DNA of 64,000 nucleotides, from contig JASBSU010000003.1 in the NCBI GenBank assembly GCA_030148725.1, positions 31,553 to 95,552 on the forward strand, given 5' to 3'. Positions 29,982 through 40,763 of this stretch are shown piece after piece. The stretch comes from Hyphomicrobium sp. (GTDB lineage Bacteria; Pseudomonadota; Alphaproteobacteria; Rhizobiales; Hyphomicrobiaceae). The notes beneath the pieces were generated by a model. The model had not been told where the DNA came from. It did not search any database and was given only the letters and a program-made list of their open reading frames with translations. Made by a program: the position numbers and the translations under genes. The number at the start of each line of letters is the position of its first letter. The stretch's first letter is position 1.

Positions 29982-30356
29982 TCAGTCATGCTCGAAGCGG
30001 CCCTCCTCGGCCTTGTTGCGATACTGCAGAGCGATCAGCATGGCCTTCAGGAAGCGCAGCAGACCGAGCGCGATCAGTGGCGTTCCGATGCCCCATAGCA
30101 CGACGTGAACCCACACCGGCGGCTCGAACGTGAACTCGACGTAGAGTGCCATCCCGCAGACGAGGAAGCCCAAGATGAAGATCGCGAATATGGCCGGCCC
30201 ATCGCCCGTGTCGATAAACCGGTAGTCGAGCCCGCACCGCTCGCAGCGGGTGCGCAGCTCCAGCACGTTCTTGAACAGACTGCCGTTGCCGCAGCGGGGG
30301 CAACGCGCCGTAACGGCTGCGTAGATCGGAGAGACCCTTCCGGCTTTTTCGGTCAC
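29982..30356 (-). CDS. DUF983 family protein
   Basis: RCPRCG.G.LF..C..CGLDY...D.GDGPA; GTG start with GAGGAG RBS. Confidence 0.85.
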   Translation of the reverse strand: MTEKAGRVSPIYAAVTARCPRCGNGSLFKNVLELRTRCERCGLDYRFIDTGDGPAIFAIFILGFLVCGMALYVEFTFEPPVWVHVVLWGIGTPLIALGLLRFLKAMLIALQYRNKAEEGRFEHD

Positions 30357-30449
30357 CTGGGCGCTCCTCTCGGCATTTCTCTGCGCTACTAATAGCACGG
30401 GGCGGCCCAAGGCCGCCCCGGCGGTAGTTCGACGCTGGCTGGCCAGCGG

Positions 30450-31409
30450 TTAGTGGCCCGCGCCGCCCGCATGCGGACCAGCGCCCCACACGTAGATGGC
30501 AGCGAACAGGAACAGCCACACCACGTCGACGAAGTGCCAGTACCAGGCAGCTGCTTCGAAGCCGAAGTGATGCTTCGGCGTGAAGGCGCCGCGCAGCGTA
30601 CGAATGAGGCAGACCAGCAGGAAGATGGTGCCGATCAGCACGTGCGCGCCGTGGAAGCCGGTCGCCATGAAGAACGTCGAGCCATAGATGTGGCCGGCGA
30701 AGCTGAAGGCCGCGTGCTGGTACTCGTACCACTGGAAGAACGAGAACGTTGCACCGAGCAGCACCGTCAGCACGAGCCCCATTATGATGCCGCGACGGTC
30801 ATTCTTCAGAAGAGCATGGTGCGCCCACGTCACCGTCACACCAGAGGTGAGGAGGATGAGCGTGTTGAGCAGCGGAATGCCCCAGGGATCGAAGGTGTGC
30901 TGGAACACGCCAGGCGTCGGTGCGCCGGTGGCCGGCACCGTCATGCCCGTGCCGTCAGCAGGCACTGGCGGCCACACGCCACCGAGCAGCTGATCGCGCG
31001 TCACCTGACCGACGACGTCGGTCGAGTTGAGCAGGTCATGGATGCTCTTGGGGAATAGCGCCACGTCGAAGTAGGCCCAGAACCAGGCGACGAAGAACAT
31101 CACCTCGGAGGCAATGAACAGGATCATGCCGTAGCGGAAGTGCAGCTGAACGACCGGCGTATGATCGCCATGCTCGCCCTCGCGGATGACATCGCGCCAC
31201 CACGCGAAAGCGCTGGCGATCACGCCTGCGAAACCGAGAGCGAACACCCACGGGCCCGTGATGCCGAACACGCCGGCTCCGTCCGCCTGCGAGCGCATCC
31301 AGATGACCGCGCCGATCATCATGATGAACGCCGAGATAGACGACGTCAGCGGCCAGGGGCTTGGATTTACTAGATGGTAGTCGTGGTGTTTGGCGTGCGA
31401 GGCGGCCAT
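30450..31409 (-). CDS. coxC: Cytochrome c oxidase subunit III
   Basis: [48 protein letters not shown]. Confidence 0.96.
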   Translation of the reverse strand: MAASHAKHHDYHLVNPSPWPLTSSISAFIMMIGAVIWMRSQADGAGVFGITGPWVFALGFAGVIASAFAWWRDVIREGEHGDHTPVVQLHFRYGMILFIASEVMFFVAWFWAYFDVALFPKSIHDLLNSTDVVGQVTRDQLLGGVWPPVPADGTGMTVPATGAPTPGVFQHTFDPWGIPLLNTLILLTSGVTVTWAHHALLKNDRRGIIMGLVLTVLLGATFSFFQWYEYQHAAFSFAGHIYGSTFFMATGFHGAHVLIGTIFLLVCLIRTLRGAFTPKHHFGFEAAAWYWHFVDVVWLFLFAAIYVWGAGPHAGGAGH

Positions 31410-31543
31410 GTCGTGTCTCTCCCGTAGTCCCCGTTGGTGCTCCCGATCCTAATTTTTTGAGGTGTCGGCCCTGCGGGGACCTTCACCTCGCCGCCGCGCC
31501 TGAGGACCGGTCCCTCGACGCGATGGCGGTTATTCGAAATTCC

Positions 31544-32152
31544 TCACCCGCCCTTGCCCGCAGTTCCGACGGAGGCTTGCCCGTTCACCTTTATCGGCGT
31601 GACGGGATAGAAGGAGTAGGAAAGCGTCAGCTCCGGCAAGTTTCGCGTTTCCTCATCGGACGCGAAGCTCGGATCGACGAAAAACGAGACGGGCATCTCG
31701 ACGGACTGCCCAGGTTGCAAGCGCTGCTCGGTGAAGCAGAAGCACTGCACCTTGTTGAAGTGCTGACCTACCGCGTCAGGCGTCACGTTGAACACGGCCG
31801 TACCGACGGTTTCCTGATCGGAGATGTTGGTCGCCCGGTAGAACGCGAGCGTATTCTCGCCCACCTTGACGTCCAGCGACGACTGAATGGGTTCGAACTT
31901 CCACGGCAGGTTCGCCGCCACGTTGGCATCGAAATGCACCCGAACGACCTTGTCGAGAACCACATCCGAGGCTTTTGCCGCGCGCTGCGTCGTACCCTGA
32001 TACCCCGTCACCTGGCAGTAGAGGCGATAGAGCGGCACCGCGGCGAAGGACAGCCCCGCCATCGCAACCACCATTGCGCAGCAGACCAGCGCCACGGCGC
32101 CATGCCGCGGCGGCTTCTGCGTGTCGAGTGGTTGGTGGTTCGAGGACGTCAT
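31544..32152 (-). CDS. ctaG: Cytochrome c oxidase assembly protein CtaG/Cox11
   Basis: AVPLYRLYCQVTGY.GT, KVQCFCF copper motif, MPVSFFVDP. Confidence 0.94.
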   Translation of the reverse strand: MTSSNHQPLDTQKPPRHGAVALVCCAMVVAMAGLSFAAVPLYRLYCQVTGYQGTTQRAAKASDVVLDKVVRVHFDANVAANLPWKFEPIQSSLDVKVGENTLAFYRATNISDQETVGTAVFNVTPDAVGQHFNKVQCFCFTEQRLQPGQSVEMPVSFFVDPSFASDEETRNLPELTLSYSFYPVTPIKVNGQASVGTAGKGG

Positions 32153-32167
32153 AGCCGCGCGTTCACC

Positions 32168-32320
32168 TCAGAAGGGTCTGTTGAAGACGTTGCCGCCGAG
32201 ACGAACGATGGTCGCGACGTAGAACAGAACGACCAAGGCGACGAGAGCCAGAGCGATGGCGAGCGAGCGCATCCGTTGCCGCTTCAGCCGCTCTTTCTCG
32301 TCATTGTTCATGTCCGTCAT
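32168..32320 (-). CDS. 50-aa single-TM protein (CoxF-like), missing from the ORF track
   Basis: MTDMNNDEKERLKRQRMRSLAIALALVALVVLFYVATIVRLGGNVFNRPF; fills the ctaB-ctaG gap. Confidence 0.75.
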   Translation of the reverse strand: MTDMNNDEKERLKRQRMRSLAIALALVALVVLFYVATIVRLGGNVFNRPF

Positions 32321-32342
32321 TGCCAACGCCACCACACGTTCC

Positions 32343-33275
32343 TTACGCGATAAGTCGTGTCACGACGTGCTCGCCGAGCATCACCGCAAACAGCAGGAAG
32401 AGATATAGGATCGAAAATCCGAACAGTCGCTTAGCCACCGCATCGGCCTCGCGGCCCTCGGTAACTTTGCGCACTTGCCAGGCGAGGTAGAGGAACATCG
32501 CGCCAAGCCCGACCGCCGTCACGGCATAGACCGGTCCGGCAAGGCCGACGAACGAAGGCACGACCGCGAGCGGCACCAGCCCCAGCGAATAGAGCCAGAT
32601 CTGACGGCGCGTCTCAGCAGCGCCGGCCACCACCGGAAGCATCGGCACACCAACGCGCTCGTAGTCACGGCAGCGGTAGAGCGCGAGCGCCCAGAAGTGC
32701 GGCGGCGTCCACATGAAGATGATGAGGAACATCACCACGCTTTCGATGCTGACGCCCCCGGTCACCGCCGCCCAACCGATCATCGGAGGGAACGAGCCAG
32801 CCGCACCGCCGATGACGATGTTGTGCGGTGTCAGCCGCTTCAGCCACATCGTGTAGACGAAGAGATAGAAGGCGATCGTGATGGCGAGCAGCGCGCCGGC
32901 CGTCCAGTTGACGAGCACGCCCAGCGTCAGCACCGAGAAGACCGACAGCACCGAGCCGAAGCTCAACGCTTCGTCGGCAGTCATACGGCCGCGCGGAATA
33001 GGCCGGGCGGCCGTCCGCGCCATGCGCGCGTCGATGTCGGCGTCGTACCACATGTTCAGCGCACCGGCCGCACCGGCGCCGATGGTGATCGTCAGCAACG
33101 CGATGATGCCGAGCACCGGATGTATCGTACCCGGCGCCGTGACCATGCCAGTCAGCGCCGTGAAGACGACGAGCGACATCACTCGCGGTTTTAGAAGCTG
33201 CACGAAGTCGCCGACGCTCGCCCCGGAAGTGGGCTCCAGGTGGCCGAGGTTCGTGTCGAGCTGCGTCCCTTGCAT
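32343..33275 (-). CDS. ctaB: Protoheme IX farnesyltransferase (heme o synthase)
   Basis: [38 protein letters not shown]; ATG at 33275 with GGAG RBS. Confidence 0.95.
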   Translation of the reverse strand: MQGTQLDTNLGHLEPTSGASVGDFVQLLKPRVMSLVVFTALTGMVTAPGTIHPVLGIIALLTITIGAGAAGALNMWYDADIDARMARTAARPIPRGRMTADEALSFGSVLSVFSVLTLGVLVNWTAGALLAITIAFYLFVYTMWLKRLTPHNIVIGGAAGSFPPMIGWAAVTGGVSIESVVMFLIIFMWTPPHFWALALYRCRDYERVGVPMLPVVAGAAETRRQIWLYSLGLVPLAVVPSFVGLAGPVYAVTAVGLGAMFLYLAWQVRKVTEGREADAVAKRLFGFSILYLFLLFAVMLGEHVVTRLIA

Positions 33276-33442
33276 ATCACTCCACCCCAAAGTGGCCGCG
33301 CATCAGCCGCCGTTTTCGGAGGTCTTGCTTGGCCTTGTCCGCCGCTTCGATCGAAGCCGCGTGGGCCGATCGAGCTGCAGTTTCGGTTCTCGATGCGGCG
33401 GGCAACCGGATAGCCACCCGCCGCTGCTTTAGAGTGCGCGGA

Positions 33443-35097
<1,655 letters not shown>

Positions 35098-35132
35098 TCA
35101 GGCCCGGAGCTCATCTGATTGCGTGGAGAGGA

Positions 35133-36113
35133 TCACTGGCCCTGAGCGGCGCCGCCGTTTTCGGCGAACTTGCGCACACCGGCCTGCTCGAGTGCGGCCT
35201 GGCGAACGATGCTCTTGGCCTTCTCGAGAAGATCCTTCCGCTGCTTCAGCAGCTCCTTACGCTTTTCCTTGTCCTTTTCTGCGCTGGCAGCGCTGCCAGC
35301 AGCGTTCGCCTGCTTCTGCGTATCGACCCACGCGTTGAACACTTCTTCCTTCACGACGCGCACCGCGATCGGCATGAACGCGTGATCCTTGCCGCAAAGC
35401 TCGGAGCACTGGCCGTAGAACACGCCTTCGATAGTGGGCTTGAACCACGTGGAGGTGATGCGACCCGGAACGGCGTCGACCTTCGAGCCGAACGAGGGAA
35501 CGGTCCAGTCGTGGATGACGCCATCGGGCGCAGCAGTGATCAGCGTATTCACCACTTTGCCGACCGGCACGATCACCTCGTTGTCGACCGCGAGGTTGCG
35601 CGGCGCCGGGATGTTCTGCGCGATCATCTCTTCGCGGCTGGCGTCGTCGAGCATCCGCGTCTCGAAGGTGATGCCGAGCTCGGGATAAGCGTGCTCCCAA
35701 TACCACTGATACCCAGTCGCCTTCAGCGTCAGATCAGCCTTCGGGTAGCTGTACTGAAGGTTCAGCAGCCGGAACGAAGGGATGGCGATGGCAACGAGGA
35801 TGAGGATCGGAATGACGGTCCAGGCGACCTCGAGGCCGGTATGGTGCGTAACCGTCGAGGGCGTCGGGTTGGACCGCTCGTTGAAGCGGTACATCACGTA
35901 GATCAGCAGCAGCAGCACGAAAACCGTGATGGCCACGATGATGATGTTCACGAAGTCGTAGAAGGAGTGGATTGCCTCGGCGACCGGCGTCGCCGCGCCC
36001 TGCATACCCATCTCACCCGGCGACGGCTGGCCCATGCCAGCCCACGCGAACGATCCTAGCAACAGCATCGCAAATGCTGCGGCAGGCGCCGAGCAAAGCA
36101 GTCGTCTCAACAT
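35133..36113 (-). CDS. coxB: Cytochrome c oxidase subunit II
   Basis: LEVAWTVIP, GYQWYW, VIHDW..P, GQCSELCGKDHAFMP CuA ligands. Confidence 0.96.
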   Translation of the reverse strand: MLRRLLCSAPAAAFAMLLLGSFAWAGMGQPSPGEMGMQGAATPVAEAIHSFYDFVNIIIVAITVFVLLLLIYVMYRFNERSNPTPSTVTHHTGLEVAWTVIPILILVAIAIPSFRLLNLQYSYPKADLTLKATGYQWYWEHAYPELGITFETRMLDDASREEMIAQNIPAPRNLAVDNEVIVPVGKVVNTLITAAPDGVIHDWTVPSFGSKVDAVPGRITSTWFKPTIEGVFYGQCSELCGKDHAFMPIAVRVVKEEVFNAWVDTQKQANAAGSAASAEKDKEKRKELLKQRKDLLEKAKSIVRQAALEQAGVRKFAENGGAAQGQ

Positions 36114-36294
36114 TCATCCGCTCCCAAGTGCTGCTCGGCCAACGTGGCCGAGGTCCTCCCCAAAGACGGGCGCTGCTTTTAATCAGTTCGCCCGAAAAAC
36201 TGCGCGTCGCTGCCTTTGGCAGCCTGACACAGGACGCACGTCCCCTCGTCAACTATGAGCACAATAGAAAAGCATGGCTCAAGTCAAGCTTGAT

Positions 36295-36309
36295 GCGGCA
36301 TTTACACGC
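36295..36309. promoter_or_regulatory. Putative RegR/RegA (PrrA) box upstream of coxB
   Basis: GCGGCATTTACACGC vs RegR consensus GNGRCRTTNNGNCGC, one mismatch; about 180 nt upstream of coxB. Confidence 0.4.
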
Positions 36310-36435
36310 GTTGTGGGAAGCATTTTTGCGCCGTGCATCAAACGGTTCTGATCTGTATCAGATCCCGATTTTGGCCTGATTCCGGGCACACCACCTTGCG
36401 CGGCGGCTTTCGCCGGCATTCTTCAGGAGCATCGC

Positions 36436-37008
36436 GTGCACGACACAGAAATCGCTGACCGCGCCGCTGGCTGCAGCGCGTCGCAACGCTTCGCGCGCGC
36501 AGCATTGTCGTTGGCCGCAAAAATAGCTTTTGGTGGCGCGCTGCTGATCGCTTGCGCGATGTCGCCGGCCGCTGCGCAGGAAGGCACTGTCAAATCGCAG
36601 CACGGGGATTGGCAAGTGGTCTGCAAGGATCCGCCACCGGGAGCCAAGAACGAGGTCTGCGCACTCGTGCAAAGCGTGACGGCCGAGGACAAGGACAACA
36701 TTGGCCTGACCGTCTACTTCCAAAAATTCTCGAACGGCACGCGCGTTCTGCGCGTCTTCGCGCCACTCGGCATCCTGCTGCCACCCGGCCTCGGCTTGAA
36801 GATCGATGACAAGGACGTCGGCCACGCACCGTTCCTGCGCTGCCATACGTTTGCCTGCTACGCACAGGTCGTCGTCGAAGATCCGCTCGTCGAGCAACTG
36901 AAAACCGGCAAGACCGCGATCTTCATCATCTTCCAGGCGGAAGAGGCCGGCATCGGCATTCCGATTTCGCTCGCCGGCTTCAAGGAAGCGCTGGCGGAGC
37001 TGAAATAG
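36436..37008 (+). CDS. Invasion-associated locus B (IalB) family exported protein
   Basis: Signal peptide, HGDWQVVC..C.L.Q, PLGILLP.G, C....C, SL.GF..A; GTG start with AGGAG RBS. Confidence 0.85.
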   Translation: MHDTEIADRAAGCSASQRFARAALSLAAKIAFGGALLIACAMSPAAAQEGTVKSQHGDWQVVCKDPPPGAKNEVCALVQSVTAEDKDNIGLTVYFQKFSNGTRVLRVFAPLGILLPPGLGLKIDDKDVGHAPFLRCHTFACYAQVVVEDPLVEQLKTGKTAIFIIFQAEEAGIGIPISLAGFKEALAELK

Positions 37009-37105
37009 GTCTGCAGTCCGGTCCCTGAAAAGAACCGAACGCCGTCGCTCCGGGGCCTACGCCATTGCCCCGGCTCGCGAAAAGCTCGTCTAACGTTACG
37101 TTTGG

Positions 37106-37543
37106 CTACGCGGCTTTGCGCTCGCGGCCGGGTCTGCCGGTTCCGGTGTCCTTCGCCTCGGCATCCGGAAAGGCGATGTAATCGTGGGCGTTGCGGACTT
37201 CTTCCGAAACCATCGCGGCAAGGTTCGGAGCGCAGGCGGCCAGTGCGCCCGTCACACGCCCCATGCTCTGCGTGTAGTCTTCATAAGCAGCACGCCAGAA
37301 CTGAGCCTGCGCGGTGGCCAAGTCCTGCGGCGTGCGGCACTGCGCGACGCGTGCAGGAATCTGCATGTAGGCCTGCGCACGGCGATTGAAAAAGCCGAGC
37401 ATTTCTAGCTGCGTACGGGCAATGCCCTTCAAGAAGGGATCATAAGCCTGCCCGAAAGTCTCCAGGCCACCGAAATAGAATTGGAATGGAGAGTTCGCTG
37501 GGGTCTTGCCGTTTGCATGCGAATTCTGGCCATGAGCAACCAT
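37106..37543 (-). CDS. Phasin-family protein
   Basis: Q.E.LGF..RR..AY......L..CRTPQDL...Q..FW..A..DY pattern of Phasin_2 proteins. Confidence 0.7.
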   Translation of the reverse strand: MVAHGQNSHANGKTPANSPFQFYFGGLETFGQAYDPFLKGIARTQLEMLGFFNRRAQAYMQIPARVAQCRTPQDLATAQAQFWRAAYEDYTQSMGRVTGALAACAPNLAAMVSEEVRNAHDYIAFPDAEAKDTGTGRPGRERKAA

Positions 37544-37813
37544 GGTACGTCCTCCCTATTTTTTGGACGGCCTGATTGCGGGGCGGGGGAGCCAGGCTGG
37601 AGGCCGTCTCCATTGAGGGTGTGAAGCAACCCTACAAACAAAATCTTAGCAGACGTCGAAGGCCCGAGAATGACAGAAAACCGCGCGGCGCACATGCGCG
37701 AATCGTCTCGTCGCGCAAACGTTATCGACTCTGTCAACAGCTATGCCGTTGTGTACGCCGTCCACTGTCGTTAATGCTTAGCCTATCGGTTTGCATAAGT
37801 CGGCTTGCGTAGG

Positions 37814-38563
37814 ATGCGGGGATCGCGATCGATCGGCGTTGGAGGAGCGGCGGCCGCAGCCGCCGCGGCGCTGCTCTCGTCGAACGCCGCTGACGCCGGC
37901 CCACAGCCGAAGTACGGCTGGCGCGAAGTCTGGGCAGGCGCCGACGTTTCCAGCCACGTCTGGCTTCTTTATTCGGGAGCAACCGTCGCGCCCTACGGTC
38001 ACGTCTATTCCGACGGCCTTCGTCTGCGCATCGCCGGCGGCTATGGCAAATACTCCTACGTCGGAACGCGTAACGGCGAGCTGAACGCGTTCCATGCCGA
38101 TACCGCCTACGGGGAAGCGCTCGTCGGATATCAGATGGGTTTCGGGCCGCTCACCGCAAAAGCCTTCGTCGGCCTCATCGGCATCGAGCACGACGTCGCG
38201 CCGTTCGACCCGGATAATCCCGTGCGGGGCCAGAAGCTTGGCCCCAAGATCGCGACAGAACTCTGGCTCAACATGGGCCCCGATGCCTGGTCCTCGCTCG
38301 ACCTGTCGTGGACCTCGGCCTTCAACACCGGCGCCGCCCGCCTCCGTACGGGCTACCGCATTTACGACGACGTTTCTCTGGGCGTTGAAGGCGGTATCAA
38401 CGCCAACGACCAAGGCGAGGATGCCCGCATTGGTCTGTTCACCCGCTACGCCTGGGACGGCGGGGAGATTTCGGTCGCCAGTGGCTTTTCGGGGCGCTTT
38501 CTTGAAGACGCCCAGGCTCTGCGCGACCCTTACGTGACCGCCAACTGGCTGACCCAGTTCTGA
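37814..38563 (+). CDS. bcsS: BcsS-like outer-membrane beta-barrel protein
   Basis: Signal peptide, Y.G...AP.G....DG.RLR..GGYG.YSY, alternating strands, terminal aromatic (WLTQF). Confidence 0.65.
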   Translation: MRGSRSIGVGGAAAAAAAALLSSNAADAGPQPKYGWREVWAGADVSSHVWLLYSGATVAPYGHVYSDGLRLRIAGGYGKYSYVGTRNGELNAFHADTAYGEALVGYQMGFGPLTAKAFVGLIGIEHDVAPFDPDNPVRGQKLGPKIATELWLNMGPDAWSSLDLSWTSAFNTGAARLRTGYRIYDDVSLGVEGGINANDQGEDARIGLFTRYAWDGGEISVASGFSGRFLEDAQALRDPYVTANWLTQF

Positions 38564-38714
38564 GTTGCATCAGCTTTGCGACCGGAAAACGTGTGTTCGC
38601 CAAGGGCTTCCCGCCGCCCGCCTAACTCGCGCACCCCTCGGCCAAGAGCGGCGCTTGTGGGATTCAGCGCCCACTCGCAACCACGCCACGAGCGCGCCAC
38701 GATGAAATGCAAAG

Positions 38715-38732
38715 AAAACGATTGTTCGTTTT
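38715..38732. promoter_or_regulatory. Palindromic operator, probable TetR autoregulatory site
   Basis: Perfect AAAACGA-ttgt-TCGTTTT, 49 nt upstream of the tetR ATG. Confidence 0.6.
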
Positions 38733-38781
38733 GTATTGCGGCGTCATAACGCATAGAGCTTGGTTTTTGAGCGGCCACCCG

Positions 38782-39423
38782 ATGCCCAAACTGAAGCCAT
38801 CCACCCAGCGCGCTCGTCGAGAGCACATCCTTGACGCAGCCGAGATCTGCTTTGCGAGATCCGGGTTTCACCGCACCACCATGCAGGACATCTGCAAGGA
38901 GGCCTCGGTCAGCCCCGGCGCGCTGTACGTTTACTTCGCATCCAAGGAAGACCTGATCGCCGGCCTCGCCGAGCGCGACCGCTCCGACTTCGCCGAGCGC
39001 TTCGCCGAAGTCTCTGCCACACCGGATTTCATGCAGGCACTGTCTGGCCTCGGCACGCACTACTTCATCGATGAGCCGGCCCACAAGCGCACGATGTGCC
39101 TCGAGATCGGACTGGAATCGATCCGCAATCCGCGCGTCGGCGAGATCTACCGCTCCGTCGATCGGTTCGTTGCGGAGAGCTTTGAAAAGCTCTTCACGCA
39201 ACTTGCCGAGCAAGGTCGCATCGCGCCCGACCTCGACATCCCGACGCTCACCAAGGTCTTCTCGACGCTGGGCGATGGGATGTTCATGCGTCGCGCGCTT
39301 GATCCGAACTTCGATCCCCAGACGCTCGTGCCCGCAGTCATGGGGCTGATCGGAAAGCTGCTGAACGTCCAGCCGGATGCCAATGCGAAGACGCCCGTGC
39401 AATCGAAGAGTGCGAGCCAATGA
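38782..39423 (+). CDS. TetR/AcrR family transcriptional regulator
   Basis: ILDAA..CF...GFH.TTMQDI.KEA.VS.GALY.YF.SKEDL HTH. Confidence 0.93.
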   Translation: MPKLKPSTQRARREHILDAAEICFARSGFHRTTMQDICKEASVSPGALYVYFASKEDLIAGLAERDRSDFAERFAEVSATPDFMQALSGLGTHYFIDEPAHKRTMCLEIGLESIRNPRVGEIYRSVDRFVAESFEKLFTQLAEQGRIAPDLDIPTLTKVFSTLGDGMFMRRALDPNFDPQTLVPAVMGLIGKLLNVQPDANAKTPVQSKSASQ

Positions 39424-40667
39424 AACGAACGCTCCTCATCGGCGGCGCATTGATCGCCCTCGGCGCAGGCGCATTTGCGCTGGCGCCGCACATGGCGCCC
39501 GAGCTGGTGCCGTACCTCACTGCATTCAGCAACTGGAAGGCCGAGCACAAGCAGGCACGAAAGAAGGAGCCGGCTCCGACGCCGCCACCCGCGGTCACCG
39601 TCGTCAAGGCTGCGGAAGCCGACTTCACCGAGCTCGTCACCGTTTCCGGCTCGCTCGTGCCTCGCGACGAGATTCTCGTCGCGCCTGAAATTGAAGGTTT
39701 CCGCGTCCTCGAGCTGAAGGTCGACGAAGGCGACCGCGTGAAGAAGGGCGATGTTCTGGCCGTGCTCGTGCAGGAGTCGCTCGATGCTCAGCTCGCACAG
39801 AACACGGCCGCGCTCGCACGTGCGGAAGCCGCGATCTCGCAGACCGAAAGCCAGATCACCGAAGCGACCGCCCGCCTCGCCGAGGCCGACGCGAACTTCG
39901 AGCGTGCCAAGCCTCTGAAGAATTCCGGCTACCTGTCCGGCTCGACGTACGATCAGCGCGAGGCTTCCGCCAAGACGGCCGCCGCCCAGTTGAAGGCCGC
40001 GGGGGATGGCTTGAAGCTGGCGCAGGCGGAGAAGCTGCAGGTCGAAGCGCAGCGCCGCGAGCTGAACTGGAAGCGCACCAATACCGCCGTCACCGCTCCG
40101 GCTGACGGGCTCATCAGTCGCCGCACCGCTCGCATCGGCGGCATGGCATCCGGCGTCGCCGAGCCGATGTTCCGCATCGTCGCGCGCGGCGAGGTCGAAC
40201 TCGACGCCGAGGTGATCGAGACGGAACTCGCCAAGATCACCGCCGGTCAAAAATCCCGCGTCGATGTCGCCGGCGTCGGCGAGGTCGAGGGCACCGTCCG
40301 TCTCGTCTCGCCGGAAGTCGACAAACAGACCCGCCTCGGCCGCGTGCGCATCTTCCTCGGCCCCGATCCGCGCCTGCGCATCGGCAGCTACGGCCGCGGC
40401 AACATCGCGACGGCGAAAAGTCACGGTCTCGGCGTGCCGTCCTCCGCCGTCGTATTCGATCCGGCAGGCGCGTACGTCCAGATCGTGCGAGACGGCCGCG
40501 TCGAGCGCCGCAACGTCAAGACCGGCCTCGTTGCGCGCGGCTTCGTCGAGATCAAGTCCGGCGTTTCTGCCGGCGACGTCATCGTAGCGCGCGCGGGGAC
40601 CTTCCTGCGCGACGGAGACCCGGTGCGCCCGGTGATACCTGACCCAAAAGTCAGCGAGGCTCGCTAG
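39420..40667 (+). CDS. RND efflux periplasmic adaptor subunit
   Basis: N-terminal TM, lipoyl halves (V.EGDRVKKG.VL, VTAPADG.I), helical hairpin. Confidence 0.92.
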   Translation: MKRTLLIGGALIALGAGAFALAPHMAPELVPYLTAFSNWKAEHKQARKKEPAPTPPPAVTVVKAAEADFTELVTVSGSLVPRDEILVAPEIEGFRVLELKVDEGDRVKKGDVLAVLVQESLDAQLAQNTAALARAEAAISQTESQITEATARLAEADANFERAKPLKNSGYLSGSTYDQREASAKTAAAQLKAAGDGLKLAQAEKLQVEAQRRELNWKRTNTAVTAPADGLISRRTARIGGMASGVAEPMFRIVARGEVELDAEVIETELAKITAGQKSRVDVAGVGEVEGTVRLVSPEVDKQTRLGRVRIFLGPDPRLRIGSYGRGNIATAKSHGLGVPSSAVVFDPAGAYVQIVRDGRVERRNVKTGLVARGFVEIKSGVSAGDVIVARAGTFLRDGDPVRPVIPDPKVSEAR

Positions 40668-40763
40668 GTGATGACCGACAAACGTGCCATCGCTTGCGCC
40701 ACGCGATCGACGGAATGCCCCGATCAGGGCCGCATGAGAGAAGCCGAGACCGCGGAGCGTTAG

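Noticed and set aside
36285-36345. FNR/FixK box upstream of coxB
   Set aside because: TTGAT and ATCAA are present but not at N4 spacing
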